Positions 12,179-21,734 of a DNA stretch of 64,000 bases are shown here, one piece after another. Source of the stretch: Pseudomonadota bacterium (GTDB lineage: Bacteria > Pseudomonadota > Gammaproteobacteria > Burkholderiales > Burkholderiaceae_C). Location: NCBI GenBank assembly GCA_021816585.1, contig JAKAXL010000004.1:49964-113963 (forward strand), written 5' to 3'. The position numbers and the translations under genes are program-made. How positions within the stretch are numbered: position 1 is the first letter of the stretch; each line of letters opens with the position of its first letter. The notes below the pieces were generated by a model. It was not told the DNA's origin and did not search any database. It saw nothing but the letters and a program-made list of their open reading frames with translations.

Positions 12179-13063
12179 TTGTCCATTCCGCCGCGAGTCC
12201 GCGCAGTGAGCGAAACCCCGTCGTCCCAGCCCGATCCCCAGGCCGAGCAGCCCTTCATCTCGCATCTGATCGAGCTGCGCGACCGCCTGATCCGGGCGCT
12301 GATCGCCGTCGGCGTGGTGTTCGCGGTGCTGCTCGTGTACCCCGGTCCGTCGGGCCTGTTCGACCTGCTGGCGCGCCCGCTGATCGCGCACCTGCCGCAC
12401 GGCTCGAACATGATCGCCATCGGCGTCATCACGCCGTTCCTGGTGCCGCTGAAGCTGACCATGCTGGCGGCGCTGCTGGTGGCCCTGCCGGTGGTGCTCT
12501 ACCAGCTCTGGGCTTTCGTCGCGCCAGGCCTGTATGCCCACGAGCGGCGCCTGGTGCTGCCGCTGGTGGTGCTCAGCACGGTGCTGTTCTACCTCGGCGT
12601 GGCCTTCGCCTACTTCATCGTGCTGGGGCGGCTGTTCACCTTCATCCAGGCGGTGGCGCCGAAGGTGATCACCGCGGCTCCGGACATCGAGTCGTACCTG
12701 AGTTTCGTGCTGACCCTGTTCCTGGCCTTCGGCAGCGCCTTCGAGGTGCCGGTGGTGCTGATGCTGCTGGTGCGCTTCGAGGTGCTGACCGTCCCGCAGC
12801 TCAAGGCCTGGCGCTCGTATTTCATCGTCGCCGCGTTCGCCATCGCCGCGGTGATCACGCCGCCCGACGTGTTCTCGCAGAGTTCGCTGGCGGTGTCGAT
12901 GATCCTGCTCTACGAGGTCGGCATCGTCGGCTCGGGCCTGCTCGCGCGCTATTCGGCCAAGCCCGACGAGGGCGAGGGCGAGGGCGAGGCGAAGGCCCGG
13001 GGCGAAGGCGAGACCAAGCCCGAAGCCGCGGCTTCCGGAGAAGGCTCCGGCGGCGACAGCTGA
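12179..13063 (+). CDS. tatC: Sec-independent translocase protein TatC
   Basis: Polytopic membrane protein with FISHLIELRDRLIRALI near the N-terminus. The start is uncertain (TTG 12179 or in-frame GTG 12206). It has an acidic Gly/Glu-rich C-terminal tail. Confidence 0.9.
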   Translation: MSIPPRVRAVSETPSSQPDPQAEQPFISHLIELRDRLIRALIAVGVVFAVLLVYPGPSGLFDLLARPLIAHLPHGSNMIAIGVITPFLVPLKLTMLAALLVALPVVLYQLWAFVAPGLYAHERRLVLPLVVLSTVLFYLGVAFAYFIVLGRLFTFIQAVAPKVITAAPDIESYLSFVLTLFLAFGSAFEVPVVLMLLVRFEVLTVPQLKAWRSYFIVAAFAIAAVITPPDVFSQSSLAVSMILLYEVGIVGSGLLARYSAKPDEGEGEGEAKARGEGETKPEAAASGEGSGGDS

Positions 13064-13136
13064 CGCGCCGGGTCCGCGGCGGCGCCTGGCAGGGCGATTC
13101 GGCGCGGCACGTTTCAGCGCACGGAGCACGACGGCC

Positions 13137-13883
13137 ATGATCTCGCGTGAAGACCTGGCGCGGTACCTGCACGAACTGCTGCGGGTCGACGCCTTCGACG
13201 ACTACGCCCCCAACGGACTGCAGGTGCAGGGCCGCGCGCGCATCCGCCGTGTGGTCAGCGGCGTGACGGCCAGCCTGGAGCTGGTGCGCCGCGCCGCCGA
13301 GCTCGACGCAAGCGCCTTGCTGGTGCACCACGGCTGGTTCTGGCGCGGCGAGGACCTGCGCGTGACCGGGCAGCGCCACCTGCGCCTGAAAGCCCTGCTG
13401 CAGGCCGACATCAACCTGTACGCCTACCACCTGCCGCTGGATGCGCATGCGGAGCTCGGCAACAACGCCCGCCTGGCGGCGCAGCTGGGCTGGCAGGCCG
13501 AATCGCACTTCGGCAGGCAGCAGCTCGGCGTGCTGGGGCGTGCGCCGCAGGCCACGCGCGGCGAACTCTCCGCGCGGCTCGAGCAGGTGCTGGGACGGCG
13601 CCCGCTGCTGGTCGGCGACGCCGACTCCGCGGTCGGGCGCCTGGCCTGGTGCACCGGCGCCGCGCAGGGCTGGATCGAGCAGGCCCGCGATGCCGGCGCC
13701 GACACCTACGTCAGCGGCGAAATCTCCGAGCCCACCGCGCATTTCGCGCGGGAGATGGGAATCGCCTACCTGGCCTGCGGGCACCACGCCACCGAACGCT
13801 ACGGCGTGCAGGCGCTGGGCGAGCACCTGGCCGCGCGCTTCGGGCTCGAGCACCACTTCATCGACCTGGACAACCCGGCATGA
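13137..13883 (+). CDS. Nif3-like dinuclear metal centre protein (YbgI/GCH1 type 2 family)
   Basis: 248 aa (DDYAPNGLQVQG...LLVHHGWFW...YAYHLPLDAH...GHHATERYG). Confidence 0.8.
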   Translation: MISREDLARYLHELLRVDAFDDYAPNGLQVQGRARIRRVVSGVTASLELVRRAAELDASALLVHHGWFWRGEDLRVTGQRHLRLKALLQADINLYAYHLPLDAHAELGNNARLAAQLGWQAESHFGRQQLGVLGRAPQATRGELSARLEQVLGRRPLLVGDADSAVGRLAWCTGAAQGWIEQARDAGADTYVSGEISEPTAHFAREMGIAYLACGHHATERYGVQALGEHLAARFGLEHHFIDLDNPA

Positions 13884-14914
13884 GCCAGCCCCTCGCGATC
13901 TCGATGGGCGATGTCGCCGGGATCGGCCCGGAGATCATCGTCAAGGCCTTCGCGCGCGGCGCCGCCGAAGGCTGCGTGGTGTACGGCTGCGCCGATGCCA
14001 TGGCACGGGCGGCCCGCGAACTGGCGCGTGGCGATCCCTGCGGCGCCGCGGTGGTGGCGCGCGTGGACTCGCCGGCGGATGGGGCACGGCTGCCGCGAGG
14101 CGTGATCCCGGTGCTGCAGGTGCCCGGCATCGAGCCCGGCAGCCTGCGCGACATCGCGGCCGGCAGCGTCGACGCACGTGCCGGCGCGGCGGCGCACGCC
14201 AGCATCGTCGAGGCCGCGCGCGCCGCGCTGCGCGGCGAGGTGGCCGCGCTGGTGACGGCGCCGATCCACAAGGAGGCGCTGCATGCCGCCGGCGTGCCCT
14301 TTCCCGGGCATACCGAGATCCTGCAGCACCTGTGCGGCGACGTGCCGGTGCGCATGATGCTGGCCAACGACGAGCTGCGCACGGTGCTGGTGACCATCCA
14401 CCTCAGCGTGCGTCGTGCGCTGGACGCGATCACCGAGGAGTCGGTGCTGCAGACGCTGCGCATCACCCACGTCGCGGCGCGTGCCTGGGGACAGCAGCGG
14501 CCGCGCATCGCGGTGGCCGGCCTGAACCCGCATGCCGGCGAGGGCGGGCTGTTCGGGGACGAGGAGGCTCGCATCCTCGCGCCGGCCATCGCCCGTGCCC
14601 GCGCCGAGGGCATCGATGCCAGCGGGCCGCATGCTCCCGACACGGTGTTCATGCGCGCGCGCAGCACCCCGCAGCACCCGGGAGCCTTCGACGTCGTGGT
14701 GGCGATGCTGCACGACCACGCGCTGATCCCGGTCAAGTACCTCGGGCTGGAGCATGGGGTCAACGTCACGCTGGGGCTGCCGCTGCTGCGTACCAGCCCC
14801 GACCACGGCACCGCCTTCGACATCGCCGGGCAGGGCCGGGCCGACGACCGCAGCCTGTGCTCGGCCATCGCCATGGCGCGCCGCCTGTGCGCCGCGCCTG
14901 CGGCGCCGCGGTAG
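13880..14914 (+). CDS. pdxA: PdxA-family NAD(P)-dependent dehydrogenase (4-hydroxythreonine-4-phosphate dehydrogenase-like)
   Basis: 344 aa from ATG 13880, which overlaps the Nif3 stop (ATGA). Motifs include MGDVAGIGPEII, FPGHTEIL, GLNPHAGEGG and RTSPDHGTAFDIAG. Confidence 0.75.
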   Translation: MSQPLAISMGDVAGIGPEIIVKAFARGAAEGCVVYGCADAMARAARELARGDPCGAAVVARVDSPADGARLPRGVIPVLQVPGIEPGSLRDIAAGSVDARAGAAAHASIVEAARAALRGEVAALVTAPIHKEALHAAGVPFPGHTEILQHLCGDVPVRMMLANDELRTVLVTIHLSVRRALDAITEESVLQTLRITHVAARAWGQQRPRIAVAGLNPHAGEGGLFGDEEARILAPAIARARAEGIDASGPHAPDTVFMRARSTPQHPGAFDVVVAMLHDHALIPVKYLGLEHGVNVTLGLPLLRTSPDHGTAFDIAGQGRADDRSLCSAIAMARRLCAAPAAPR

Positions 14915-14953
14915 ACGCTCCCCGGGCCGCGCCCCCGGCCCGTGGGGCCGCGC

Positions 14954-15400
14954 TCAGGGCTGTTTGCCGGGTTGCTGCAGGCTGTCGCGGATCTGGCGCA
15001 GCAGCAGCACCTCTTCCGGCGGCTCGGCGGGAGGCGCCGGCGCGGGCTCGGGCTGCGCCCGCTTGAGCTTCGCGATCATGCGCACCATCATGAAGATCAC
15101 GAAGGCCAGGATCAGGAAGTTCAGCGTGATGGTGATGAAGTCCCCATAGGCCAGCACGGGGATGTTGGCTTTTTTCAGCGCCTCCAGGGTGCGCGGCGTG
15201 CCGGCCGGCAGTTCGCCCAGCACGATGAACAGGTTGCTGAAGTCGATCTTGCCGACCACCAGCCCGACCAGGGGCATGATGATGTCGGCGACCAGCGCCG
15301 AGACGATCTTGCCGAAGGCCCCGCCTATGATCACCGCCACGGCCAGGTCGATCACGTTGCCCTTGACGGCAAAGTCCTTGAAATCTTTCAGCAGGCTCAT
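14954..15400 (-). CDS. mscL: Large-conductance mechanosensitive channel
   Basis: 148 aa from ATG 15400 ([33 protein letters not shown]). GGAG SD lies about 9 nt upstream. The ORF-track start at 15451 is rejected. Confidence 0.9.
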   Translation of the reverse strand: MSLLKDFKDFAVKGNVIDLAVAVIIGGAFGKIVSALVADIIMPLVGLVVGKIDFSNLFIVLGELPAGTPRTLEALKKANIPVLAYGDFITITLNFLILAFVIFMMVRMIAKLKRAQPEPAPAPPAEPPEEVLLLRQIRDSLQQPGKQP

Positions 15401-15628
15401 CGGGAGGGTCTCCATCTCGTCAAAGATGCGTTGATTTCGGGTTGCTTTCACATATTTTTACCCAGCCCCCGGGTTTTGCGAAGTCATCGCAAGCCGCCCG
15501 ACGGTGACGCGCGCCCCTTCATCCGGCCCCCGCCTGCTGGCGCAAGCGCGCCCCGAGGGTATTGCGCGCACGCAAGAACGCCCTGCATCTAGGGGTAAAT
15601 AAGTAGCGGCTTATACATAGTTTTCCTA

Positions 15629-15644
15629 ATGCCCCCGGGGGCAT
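15629..15644. repeat. Perfect 16-bp palindrome ATGCCCCCGGGGGCAT in the petA upstream region
   Basis: Read directly from the sequence. It lies just 3' of the only AT-rich stretch (about 15585-15628) of the mscL/petA divergent spacer. Confidence 0.6.
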
Positions 15645-15746
15645 CGGGTTCCACAATGCGGACCTCGCAGGCGGTACCCCGACGCAATCCGGCGCGGGGT
15701 GCCATGACGGGCCGAAGCCGGCCGCCGACATCGCACGAGGGGCATC

Positions 15747-16325
15747 ATGGAACCACGACGCCGAATCTGGTTGGTAGCCGCGGGAACCGCGGGTTGCATG
15801 GCAGGGGCCGGCGCCGCCGTTCCCTTCGTGGGCTCGCTGGCGCCATCGGCGAAGGCGCGCGCCGAGGGAGGGCCGATGGACGTCGACATCTCCGACCTGC
15901 TGCCGGGGCAGAAAAAGACCCTGCTGTGGCGCGGCCAGCCGATCTGGTTCCTGCGGCGCACGCCGCAGATGCTGGATTCGCTCAAGCTCACCGAATCCCT
16001 GGTGGCCGACCCGATGTCGAAGAACGAGGCCTTCCCGACCCCGAAGTGGGCGCGCAATCGCTGGCGCTCGATCCGCCCCGAATACCTGGTGGTGGTCGGC
16101 ATCTGCACGCATCTGGGCTGCTCGCCGGTGGACCGCTTCACCCCGGGAGCGCAGCCATCGCTGCCGTCCGACTGGGACGGCGGCTTCCTGTGCCCGTGCC
16201 ACGGCTCGCTGTACGACCTCGCCGGGCGCGTGTTCAAGAACATGCCGGCGCCGGCCAACCTGCCGGTGCCGCCGTACCGCTACCTCGACGACCACAAGAT
16301 CCTGTTGGGCGAAGCCCAGGCCTGA
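15747..16325 (+). CDS. petA: Ubiquinol-cytochrome c reductase, Rieske iron-sulfur subunit
   Basis: Twin-arginine N-terminus (EPRRRIWL). Rieske motifs CTHLGC and CPCHGS are present. Confidence 0.9.
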   Translation: MEPRRRIWLVAAGTAGCMAGAGAAVPFVGSLAPSAKARAEGGPMDVDISDLLPGQKKTLLWRGQPIWFLRRTPQMLDSLKLTESLVADPMSKNEAFPTPKWARNRWRSIRPEYLVVVGICTHLGCSPVDRFTPGAQPSLPSDWDGGFLCPCHGSLYDLAGRVFKNMPAPANLPVPPYRYLDDHKILLGEAQA

Positions 16326-16337
16326 GGAGACTTCGCC

Positions 16338-17741
16338 ATGTCCGAAACCGCAATTCCCGCCGACGCGGGCGACTCCAGGCGCCGCGCGCTGGTGCGCTGG
16401 ATCGACGACCGCTTCCCGTTCTCGTCGCTGTGGTCGGCGCACCTGACCGACTACTACGTGCCGAAGAACCTGAACTTCTGGTACTACTTCGGGTCGCTCG
16501 CGATCTTCGTGCTGGCGCTGCAAATCGTCAGCGGGATCTTCCTGGCCATGCACTACAAGCCGGACTCGGCGCTGGCCTTCGGTTCGGTCGAGTCGATCAT
16601 GCGCGACGTCGACTGGGGCTGGCTGATCCGCTACGTGCATTCCACCGGAGCCTCGGCCTTTTTCATCATCCTGTACATGCACATGTTCCGCGGCCTGCTG
16701 TACGGCTCGTACCGGCGCCCGCGCGAACTCGTGTGGATCATCGGCTGCCTGACCTTCCTGGCGCTGATGGCCGAGGCCTTCTTCGGCTACCTGCTGCCGT
16801 GGGGCCAGATGTCCTTCTGGGGCGCGCAGGTGATCGTCAACCTGTTCTCGGCCATCCCCGGGATCGGCCCGCACCTGGCGCTGTGGATCCGCGGCGACTA
16901 CGTGGTCGGGGACGCCACGCTGAACCGCTTCTACGCGCTGCACATCGTGGCCATTCCGCTGCTGCTGGTGGCCATCGTGGGCAGCCACATCATCGCGCTG
17001 CACCAGGTCGGCTCGAACAATCCGGACGGCATCGAGATCAAGGCGAACAAGGACGAGAAGGGCAACCCGCGCGACGGCATTCCCTTCCATCCGTACTACA
17101 CGGTGCACGACCTGTTCGGCGTCTCGGTGTTCCTCATCGTGTTCTGCTCGGTGCTGTTCTTCGCGCCGACCTTCGGCGGCTACTTCCTCGAGCACAACAA
17201 CTTCCTGCCGGCCAACCCGCTGAAGACCCCGCCGCACATCGCCCCGGTGTGGTACTTCACGCCCTTCTACTCGATGCTGCGGGCGACCACCAGCGCCTCG
17301 GTGCACATCTGGATGGGGGTGGTGGGCGCCGCCGCGCTGCGCGCGGCCTGGCGCGCGCGCCGGCGGCCCCTGCGCTCGGCGCTGCTGGCCGTGGGAACGG
17401 CCCTGCTGCTGTGGGCGATGGCCACGCTGGATGCCAAGTTCTGGGGCGTGGTCGTGATGGGCAGCGCGGTGCTGTCGCTGTTCGCGCTGCCGTGGCTGGA
17501 CCGCTCGCAGGTGAAGTCGATGCGCTACCGCCCGCGCTGGCACCTGGCCATGCTGCTGGGATTCGCAGGCGCCTTCGTCGTGCTCGGCTACCTGGGGGTG
17601 TCCGAGCCTTCCCCGGTGGGCTACTGGGTCAGCGTGGGCTGCACCTTCGTGTATTTCGGTTTCCTCTGGCTGATGCCGTGGTGGAGCCGCCTCGGGCGCT
17701 GTCGCGCCGTTCCCGAACGTCTCGTGTACCACCCGCACTGA
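16338..17741 (+). CDS. petB: Cytochrome b
   Basis: 467 aa polytopic protein (NFWYYFGSL, IRYVHSTGASAFF, PVWYFTPFYSMLRA). Confidence 0.95.
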   Translation: MSETAIPADAGDSRRRALVRWIDDRFPFSSLWSAHLTDYYVPKNLNFWYYFGSLAIFVLALQIVSGIFLAMHYKPDSALAFGSVESIMRDVDWGWLIRYVHSTGASAFFIILYMHMFRGLLYGSYRRPRELVWIIGCLTFLALMAEAFFGYLLPWGQMSFWGAQVIVNLFSAIPGIGPHLALWIRGDYVVGDATLNRFYALHIVAIPLLLVAIVGSHIIALHQVGSNNPDGIEIKANKDEKGNPRDGIPFHPYYTVHDLFGVSVFLIVFCSVLFFAPTFGGYFLEHNNFLPANPLKTPPHIAPVWYFTPFYSMLRATTSASVHIWMGVVGAAALRAAWRARRRPLRSALLAVGTALLLWAMATLDAKFWGVVVMGSAVLSLFALPWLDRSQVKSMRYRPRWHLAMLLGFAGAFVVLGYLGVSEPSPVGYWVSVGCTFVYFGFLWLMPWWSRLGRCRAVPERLVYHPH

Positions 17742-17750
17742 CAGGCCGCC

Positions 17751-18557
17751 ATGCCCGACCAACTGCCCGAGATCCTGCGCCGCATCGCGGCGCGCCTGCT
17801 GCGCGGTCTGCTGCCGTGGCTGCTGCTGGGAGCGGCCACCGCCGCCTCCGGCGCCGAGGCGGCTCCCAGGATGCTGCACGCGCCGTACCTGGTGGGCGAC
17901 ATGCGCGCGCTGCAAAACGGCGCGCACCTGTTCGTCAACTACTGCCTGAACTGCCACAGCGCGCAATACATGCGCTACGACGCGCTGCGCTCGATCGGAC
18001 TGAGCGACGCGCAGATCAAGCACGACATGATGTTCACCTCGAACAGCCTGGGCAAGACCATGAAGGTCTCGCTGACGCCCGCGCAGGCCAGCGAGTGGTT
18101 CGGCGCGACCCCGCCCGACCTGTCGGTGATCGAGCGCGCGCTGGGCTCCAGCCGGGGCTCGGGAGCGGATTTCCTCTACACCTACCTGCTGAGCTTCTAC
18201 CGCGACCAGGCGCGCCCGACCGGCTGGAACAATCTGCTGGTGCCGGGGGTGGCGATGCCCAATCCGCTGTGGCGCCTGCAGGGCGAACGCGCGGCGCTGA
18301 TGCGCATGGAGCCCGATCCCGGCGATCCCTCGCAACGGCACCCGGTCTTCCAGGGGTACCGGCAGCTTCGCCCGGGGCTCTTGTCCGCGAAGATGTATGA
18401 TTCACAAATTGCCGATCTTGTGGCCTATATGCAGTGGATGGCCGAGCCGGCGCAGCTCGAGCGCAAGCGCATCGGGGTCATGGTGCTGCTGTTTCTCGTG
18501 GTTTTCACCTTCATCACGTGGCGGCTCAAGTCCGAATTCTGGAAGGACGTGAAGTAG
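17751..18557 (+). CDS. petC: Cytochrome c1
   Basis: 268 aa with a signal-like N-terminus, heme motif CLNCHS, and a C-terminal membrane anchor (IGVMVLLFLVVFTFITW). Confidence 0.85.
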   Translation: MPDQLPEILRRIAARLLRGLLPWLLLGAATAASGAEAAPRMLHAPYLVGDMRALQNGAHLFVNYCLNCHSAQYMRYDALRSIGLSDAQIKHDMMFTSNSLGKTMKVSLTPAQASEWFGATPPDLSVIERALGSSRGSGADFLYTYLLSFYRDQARPTGWNNLLVPGVAMPNPLWRLQGERAALMRMEPDPGDPSQRHPVFQGYRQLRPGLLSAKMYDSQIADLVAYMQWMAEPAQLERKRIGVMVLLFLVVFTFITWRLKSEFWKDVK

Positions 18558-18625
18558 CGCGTCGTCGGCAGCAGCCCGCGGCCGCCGCCCGGCGGCGCGC
18601 GGCGCAACGATCGAGGCATGTCCCC

Positions 18626-18657
18626 GGGGGTGAGCCAGCTCACTCCCTTTGCTTTTT
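18626..18657 (+). terminator. Candidate intrinsic terminator after petC
   Basis: GGGGGTGAG / CTCACTCCC forms a 9-bp stem (one G-U pair) with a CCAG loop, followed by TTTGCTTTTT. It ends only about 15 nt before the sspA start. Confidence 0.45.
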
Positions 18658-18672
18658 CAGGAGCCGCATCCC

Positions 18673-19284
18673 ATGATGGTGCTTTATTCCGGCACGACCT
18701 GCCCGTTCTCGCAGCGCTGCCGCTTCGTGCTGTTCGAGAAGGGCATGGATTTCGAGATCCGTGACGTCGACCTCTTCAACAAGCCCGAGGACGTCAACGT
18801 GATGAATCCCTACGGCCAGGTCCCGATCCTGGTCGAGCGCGATCTCATCCTGTACGAGTCGAACATCATCAACGAGTACATCGACGAGCGCTTCCCGCAT
18901 CCGCAGCTGATGCCCGGCGACCCGGTGGCGCGCGCGCGCGTACGCCTGTTCCTGTTCAATTTCGAGAAGGAACTGTTCGTGCATGTCGGCGTGCTGGAGT
19001 CGCGCGCCACCAAGGCCAACGAGAAGGCCATGGAGAAGGCTCGCTCGGCGATCCGCGACCGCCTGACCCAGCTCGCCCCGGTGTTCACGAAGAACCGCTA
19101 CATGCTCGGCGACGAGTTCTCGATGCTCGACGTGTCGATCGCGCCGCTGCTGTGGCGCCTGGACCACTACGGCATCGACCTGCCGAAGTCGGCGGCGCCG
19201 CTGGCCAAGTACGCCGAGCGCATTTTCCAGCGCCCGGCCTACATCGAGGCGCTGACCCCGTCCGAGAAGGTGATGCGCAAGTGA
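18673..19284 (+). CDS. sspA: Stringent starvation protein A (GST-like)
   Basis: 203 aa from ATG 18673 (MMVLYSGTTCPFSQRCRFVLFEKGMDFEIRDVD). AGGAG SD is upstream. It follows petABC, as is usual in beta- and gammaproteobacteria. Confidence 0.9.
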   Translation: MMVLYSGTTCPFSQRCRFVLFEKGMDFEIRDVDLFNKPEDVNVMNPYGQVPILVERDLILYESNIINEYIDERFPHPQLMPGDPVARARVRLFLFNFEKELFVHVGVLESRATKANEKAMEKARSAIRDRLTQLAPVFTKNRYMLGDEFSMLDVSIAPLLWRLDHYGIDLPKSAAPLAKYAERIFQRPAYIEALTPSEKVMRK

Positions 19285-19324
19285 CGGCTGCGCCGCCGCG
19301 AGGCGGCGCGCGAGGTACCCGCCG

Positions 19325-19888
19325 ATGAGCGAATCCGCGCAAGATCCCAGCTCGACCAAGCCGTACCTGCTGCGTGCCTTGTACGAGTGGTGCTGCGACA
19401 ACGGCTTCACACCGTACCTGGCGGTGCGCGTGGACGCCGGCGTGCGCGTGCCGCGCGAGCATGTGCGCAACGGGGAGATCGTGCTGAACATCGGCTTCAG
19501 CGCGACCAACGGGCTCGACATGGGCAACGAGGACATCCGCTTCAAGGCCCGCTTCGGCGGCGTGGCGCGCGACATCGTGGTTCCGGTCAGCCATGTCACC
19601 GCGATCTACGCGCGCGAGAACGGGCAGGGCATGGCCTTTCCGGTGCCGCAGTCCGCGGCCGAAGGCGAGGCGCAGCAGGCTGCACAGCCGGCGTCGCCGG
19701 TCCCGGAGTCGCCAACCGAGCCTCCCGCCGCGCCTCCCGCCGAGATTGCTGCCGGGCCTGCTGCCGGGCCGCGCCTGCACGCGGTGCCGCCGTCGTCGCC
19801 CGAGTCCGGCGCCCCCGCGCCACGCGACGACGACGAGCCCGAGCCGCCGCCCCGCACACCGGGCCCGCACCTCAAGCGCGTCAAGTGA
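19325..19888 (+). CDS. sspB: Stringent starvation protein B (ClpXP adaptor)
   Basis: 187 aa (KPYLLRALYEWCCDNGFTPYLAV...VSHVTAIYARENGQGMAF). It has a Pro/Ala-rich linker and a C-terminal LKRVK. Confidence 0.85.
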   Translation: MSESAQDPSSTKPYLLRALYEWCCDNGFTPYLAVRVDAGVRVPREHVRNGEIVLNIGFSATNGLDMGNEDIRFKARFGGVARDIVVPVSHVTAIYARENGQGMAFPVPQSAAEGEAQQAAQPASPVPESPTEPPAAPPAEIAAGPAAGPRLHAVPPSSPESGAPAPRDDDEPEPPPRTPGPHLKRVK

Positions 19889-19934
19889 TTCCCGCGCCGG
19901 CAGCTCCCCGCGCGCCGGCACGAAGCCCGTTTCC

Positions 19935-20007
19935 GCCGCTTTAGCTCAGCTGGTAGAGCAACCGCCTTGTAAGCGGTAGGTCATCCGTTCGATTCGGATA
20001 AGCGGCA
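19935..20007 (+). tRNA. tRNA-Thr (anticodon UGU)
   Basis: Hand-folded cloverleaf: acceptor GCCGCTT/AAGCGGC, D arm GCTC-AGCTGGTA-GAGC, anticodon arm ACCGC-CTTGTAA-GCGGT, T arm ATCCG-TTCGATT-CGGAT, discriminator A. CCA is not encoded. Confidence 0.95.
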
Positions 20008-20122
20008 CAAAAATCTTATGCCTGATCAATAGGTTGCGATCGTACCGGTCCGGCGATCTCAGGCTGGCGACGAGCCGCCGCCTGCCTTCGATGGCTGCAG
20101 GTCGGCCAGGGGCTTGGCGACA

Positions 20123-21463
20123 TCACGTGCGCAGGCGCTCAAACATGGCCTTCAAGGTGATGTGTTCGATGACCCGCAGGATACGGTCTTCCATCGCGAC
20201 ATAGGGCGCCAGCGACTCAGGCGCCTGTTCCCGGAATGCCTTGCGTTCTTTCAGGATGTCCACAAACGCGCTTTCAACCCTGGTAACCACCGCGTGAATG
20301 ATGCTGGACGCAGGCCGGGAGGGAACGCCCAGAACATCTCCCGCGGCGATGAGCGCACTGCGCGTGACCTCGCCAAAGGTGCGCACGCTGCCGGGCAGCT
20401 CGAAGGTCATGGGCACCGCGGCCCAGCGCGCGTCGTCATCTGCAATCGCCCGGGTGTGGTACGCCCCGGTGCAGAGCAGGTCGTAGTGCGGCGCGAGCCG
20501 AATGCCTTCATGGCTCACGAAGAAACTCAGATTTTTCAGGTGCGCGTCGTCATTGCCGACCAGGACGTTGAACACCAGCCACCTGAACAGATTCAGGCGG
20601 GACTGTGCTTTGTTGGTGGTTGCCTCGATGATGCGGGCCAATGACTCCAGGGATGCGCCGGCGTGCTTGAACAGGCGGTCCTTGTTGAGCAGCTGGCAGG
20701 CGTCGATGATGTGCAGTCGGTGGATGGCCTGCAGCTTCTCGCCAAGCGGGGCACTGCGCCGCGTTTTCTCGGCAGGGCGGTCGAACCTGTCGATGCAGTA
20801 CACCGGCTGCGGGACATAAAACAGGCGCACGTCGGGCACGTCCAATTGCGCGGCCTTGGCCAGGCGCATGGTGACGTACTCATTGAGAGCAGACGCCGGG
20901 TAAGCCTGGGCCAGGGGGTGGTCAGGCTTGAGGATGTGCGTCGAGGGTGTCGCGCCCTCGGGTTCGTACATCTCCTCCCCCAGCACAAGCACGAGCAGCT
21001 TGTGCTGCGCGCCGGCGATGGACATGCGCTTCGGCGCTTGTCGGGTGAGAGTCTTCCTTGGCAGCTCGGCGATGCGCGCGCTGAGCTGTTCTGGGGAGAG
21101 CGTGGACGCTGTCCGCGTGTTCGGCAGGGGCGTGCCCGGCGGAAGGAGGGTCAGTGCTCCGGTGGATTCGGCTCCGAGGTAGGTCAGTAGCGAAAACGCG
21201 TCCTGCACGTCGGCGATGCCTGCGTCGCGCGCGATGGCCAGGCGCAGGTCTTCTTCGGGAAGAAGGTTGTCGAAGTACCACTGCACGGGGCGGACGGAAC
21301 TGCCGTCGAGATGGGTTGCCGCTGTGCGACACAGCGCAGGCGACAGATCAAAGCCTTCGTCCGCGGCCAACCAGCTCGCAGCGTAGGTGAATCTCCAGAT
21401 GTTGTTGTCTTCCTGGAGCGTGCCGACCAAGGTGGCGTCGGCGTATACGCTCAGCTCACGCAT
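20123..21463 (-). CDS. hipA: HipA-family serine/threonine kinase toxin
   Basis: 446 aa with a HipA N-terminal region and a kinase core (IAGAQHKL, VGNDDAHLKNLSF). It overlaps the upstream hipB by 8 nt. GC content is visibly lower than in the flanks. Confidence 0.9.
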   Translation of the reverse strand: MRELSVYADATLVGTLQEDNNIWRFTYAASWLAADEGFDLSPALCRTAATHLDGSSVRPVQWYFDNLLPEEDLRLAIARDAGIADVQDAFSLLTYLGAESTGALTLLPPGTPLPNTRTASTLSPEQLSARIAELPRKTLTRQAPKRMSIAGAQHKLLVLVLGEEMYEPEGATPSTHILKPDHPLAQAYPASALNEYVTMRLAKAAQLDVPDVRLFYVPQPVYCIDRFDRPAEKTRRSAPLGEKLQAIHRLHIIDACQLLNKDRLFKHAGASLESLARIIEATTNKAQSRLNLFRWLVFNVLVGNDDAHLKNLSFFVSHEGIRLAPHYDLLCTGAYHTRAIADDDARWAAVPMTFELPGSVRTFGEVTRSALIAAGDVLGVPSRPASSIIHAVVTRVESAFVDILKERKAFREQAPESLAPYVAMEDRILRVIEHITLKAMFERLRT

Positions 21464-21734
21464 GGTCGGAGTCCACCGGGGCAGAGCCGGATGGCTGCTT
21501 GGCCTGCAGTCGGAGCAGCGCGCTCTTGGGGATGTCGACGGAGACCTCGATGCCCAGCTCCCGCAGAAACGCGAGCACGGTGCTCAACTTGCCTTGCCCG
21601 CGTTCGAGGTTCGTGGCGGTTTGTTTGCTGACACCGACCAGCTGGGCGAGCACATCCAGGCGGATGTCGCTGTCCTTGCGAACAGCTCGGAGCACCTGGC
21701 CGAGGCCTTCTGCAGAATGAATGGGGATTTGCAC
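21456..21734 (-). CDS. hipB: HipB-like XRE-family HTH antitoxin
   Basis: 92 aa (LGQVLRAVRKDSDIRLDVLAQLVGVSKQTATNLERG). GTG start with an AGGAAA SD. It lies immediately upstream of hipA. Confidence 0.8.
   Translation of the reverse strand: MQIPIHSAEGLGQVLRAVRKDSDIRLDVLAQLVGVSKQTATNLERGQGKLSTVLAFLRELGIEVSVDIPKSALLRLQAKQPSGSAPVDSDHA

Noticed and set aside
12956-13063. The Gly/Glu-rich repeat (DEGEGEGEAKARGEGETKPEAAASGEGSGGDS) at the end of tatC as a separate gene or repeat element.
   Set aside because: It is in frame and contiguous with TatC, so it is most simply a disordered cytoplasmic tail. The DNA repeat is imperfect and short.
14915-14953. A bidirectional terminator between convergent pdxA and mscL.
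   Set aside because: Only a short CGGCCC/GGGCCG stem and a direct repeat of GGGCCGCGC are present, with no U-tract on either strand. This is too weak to call.
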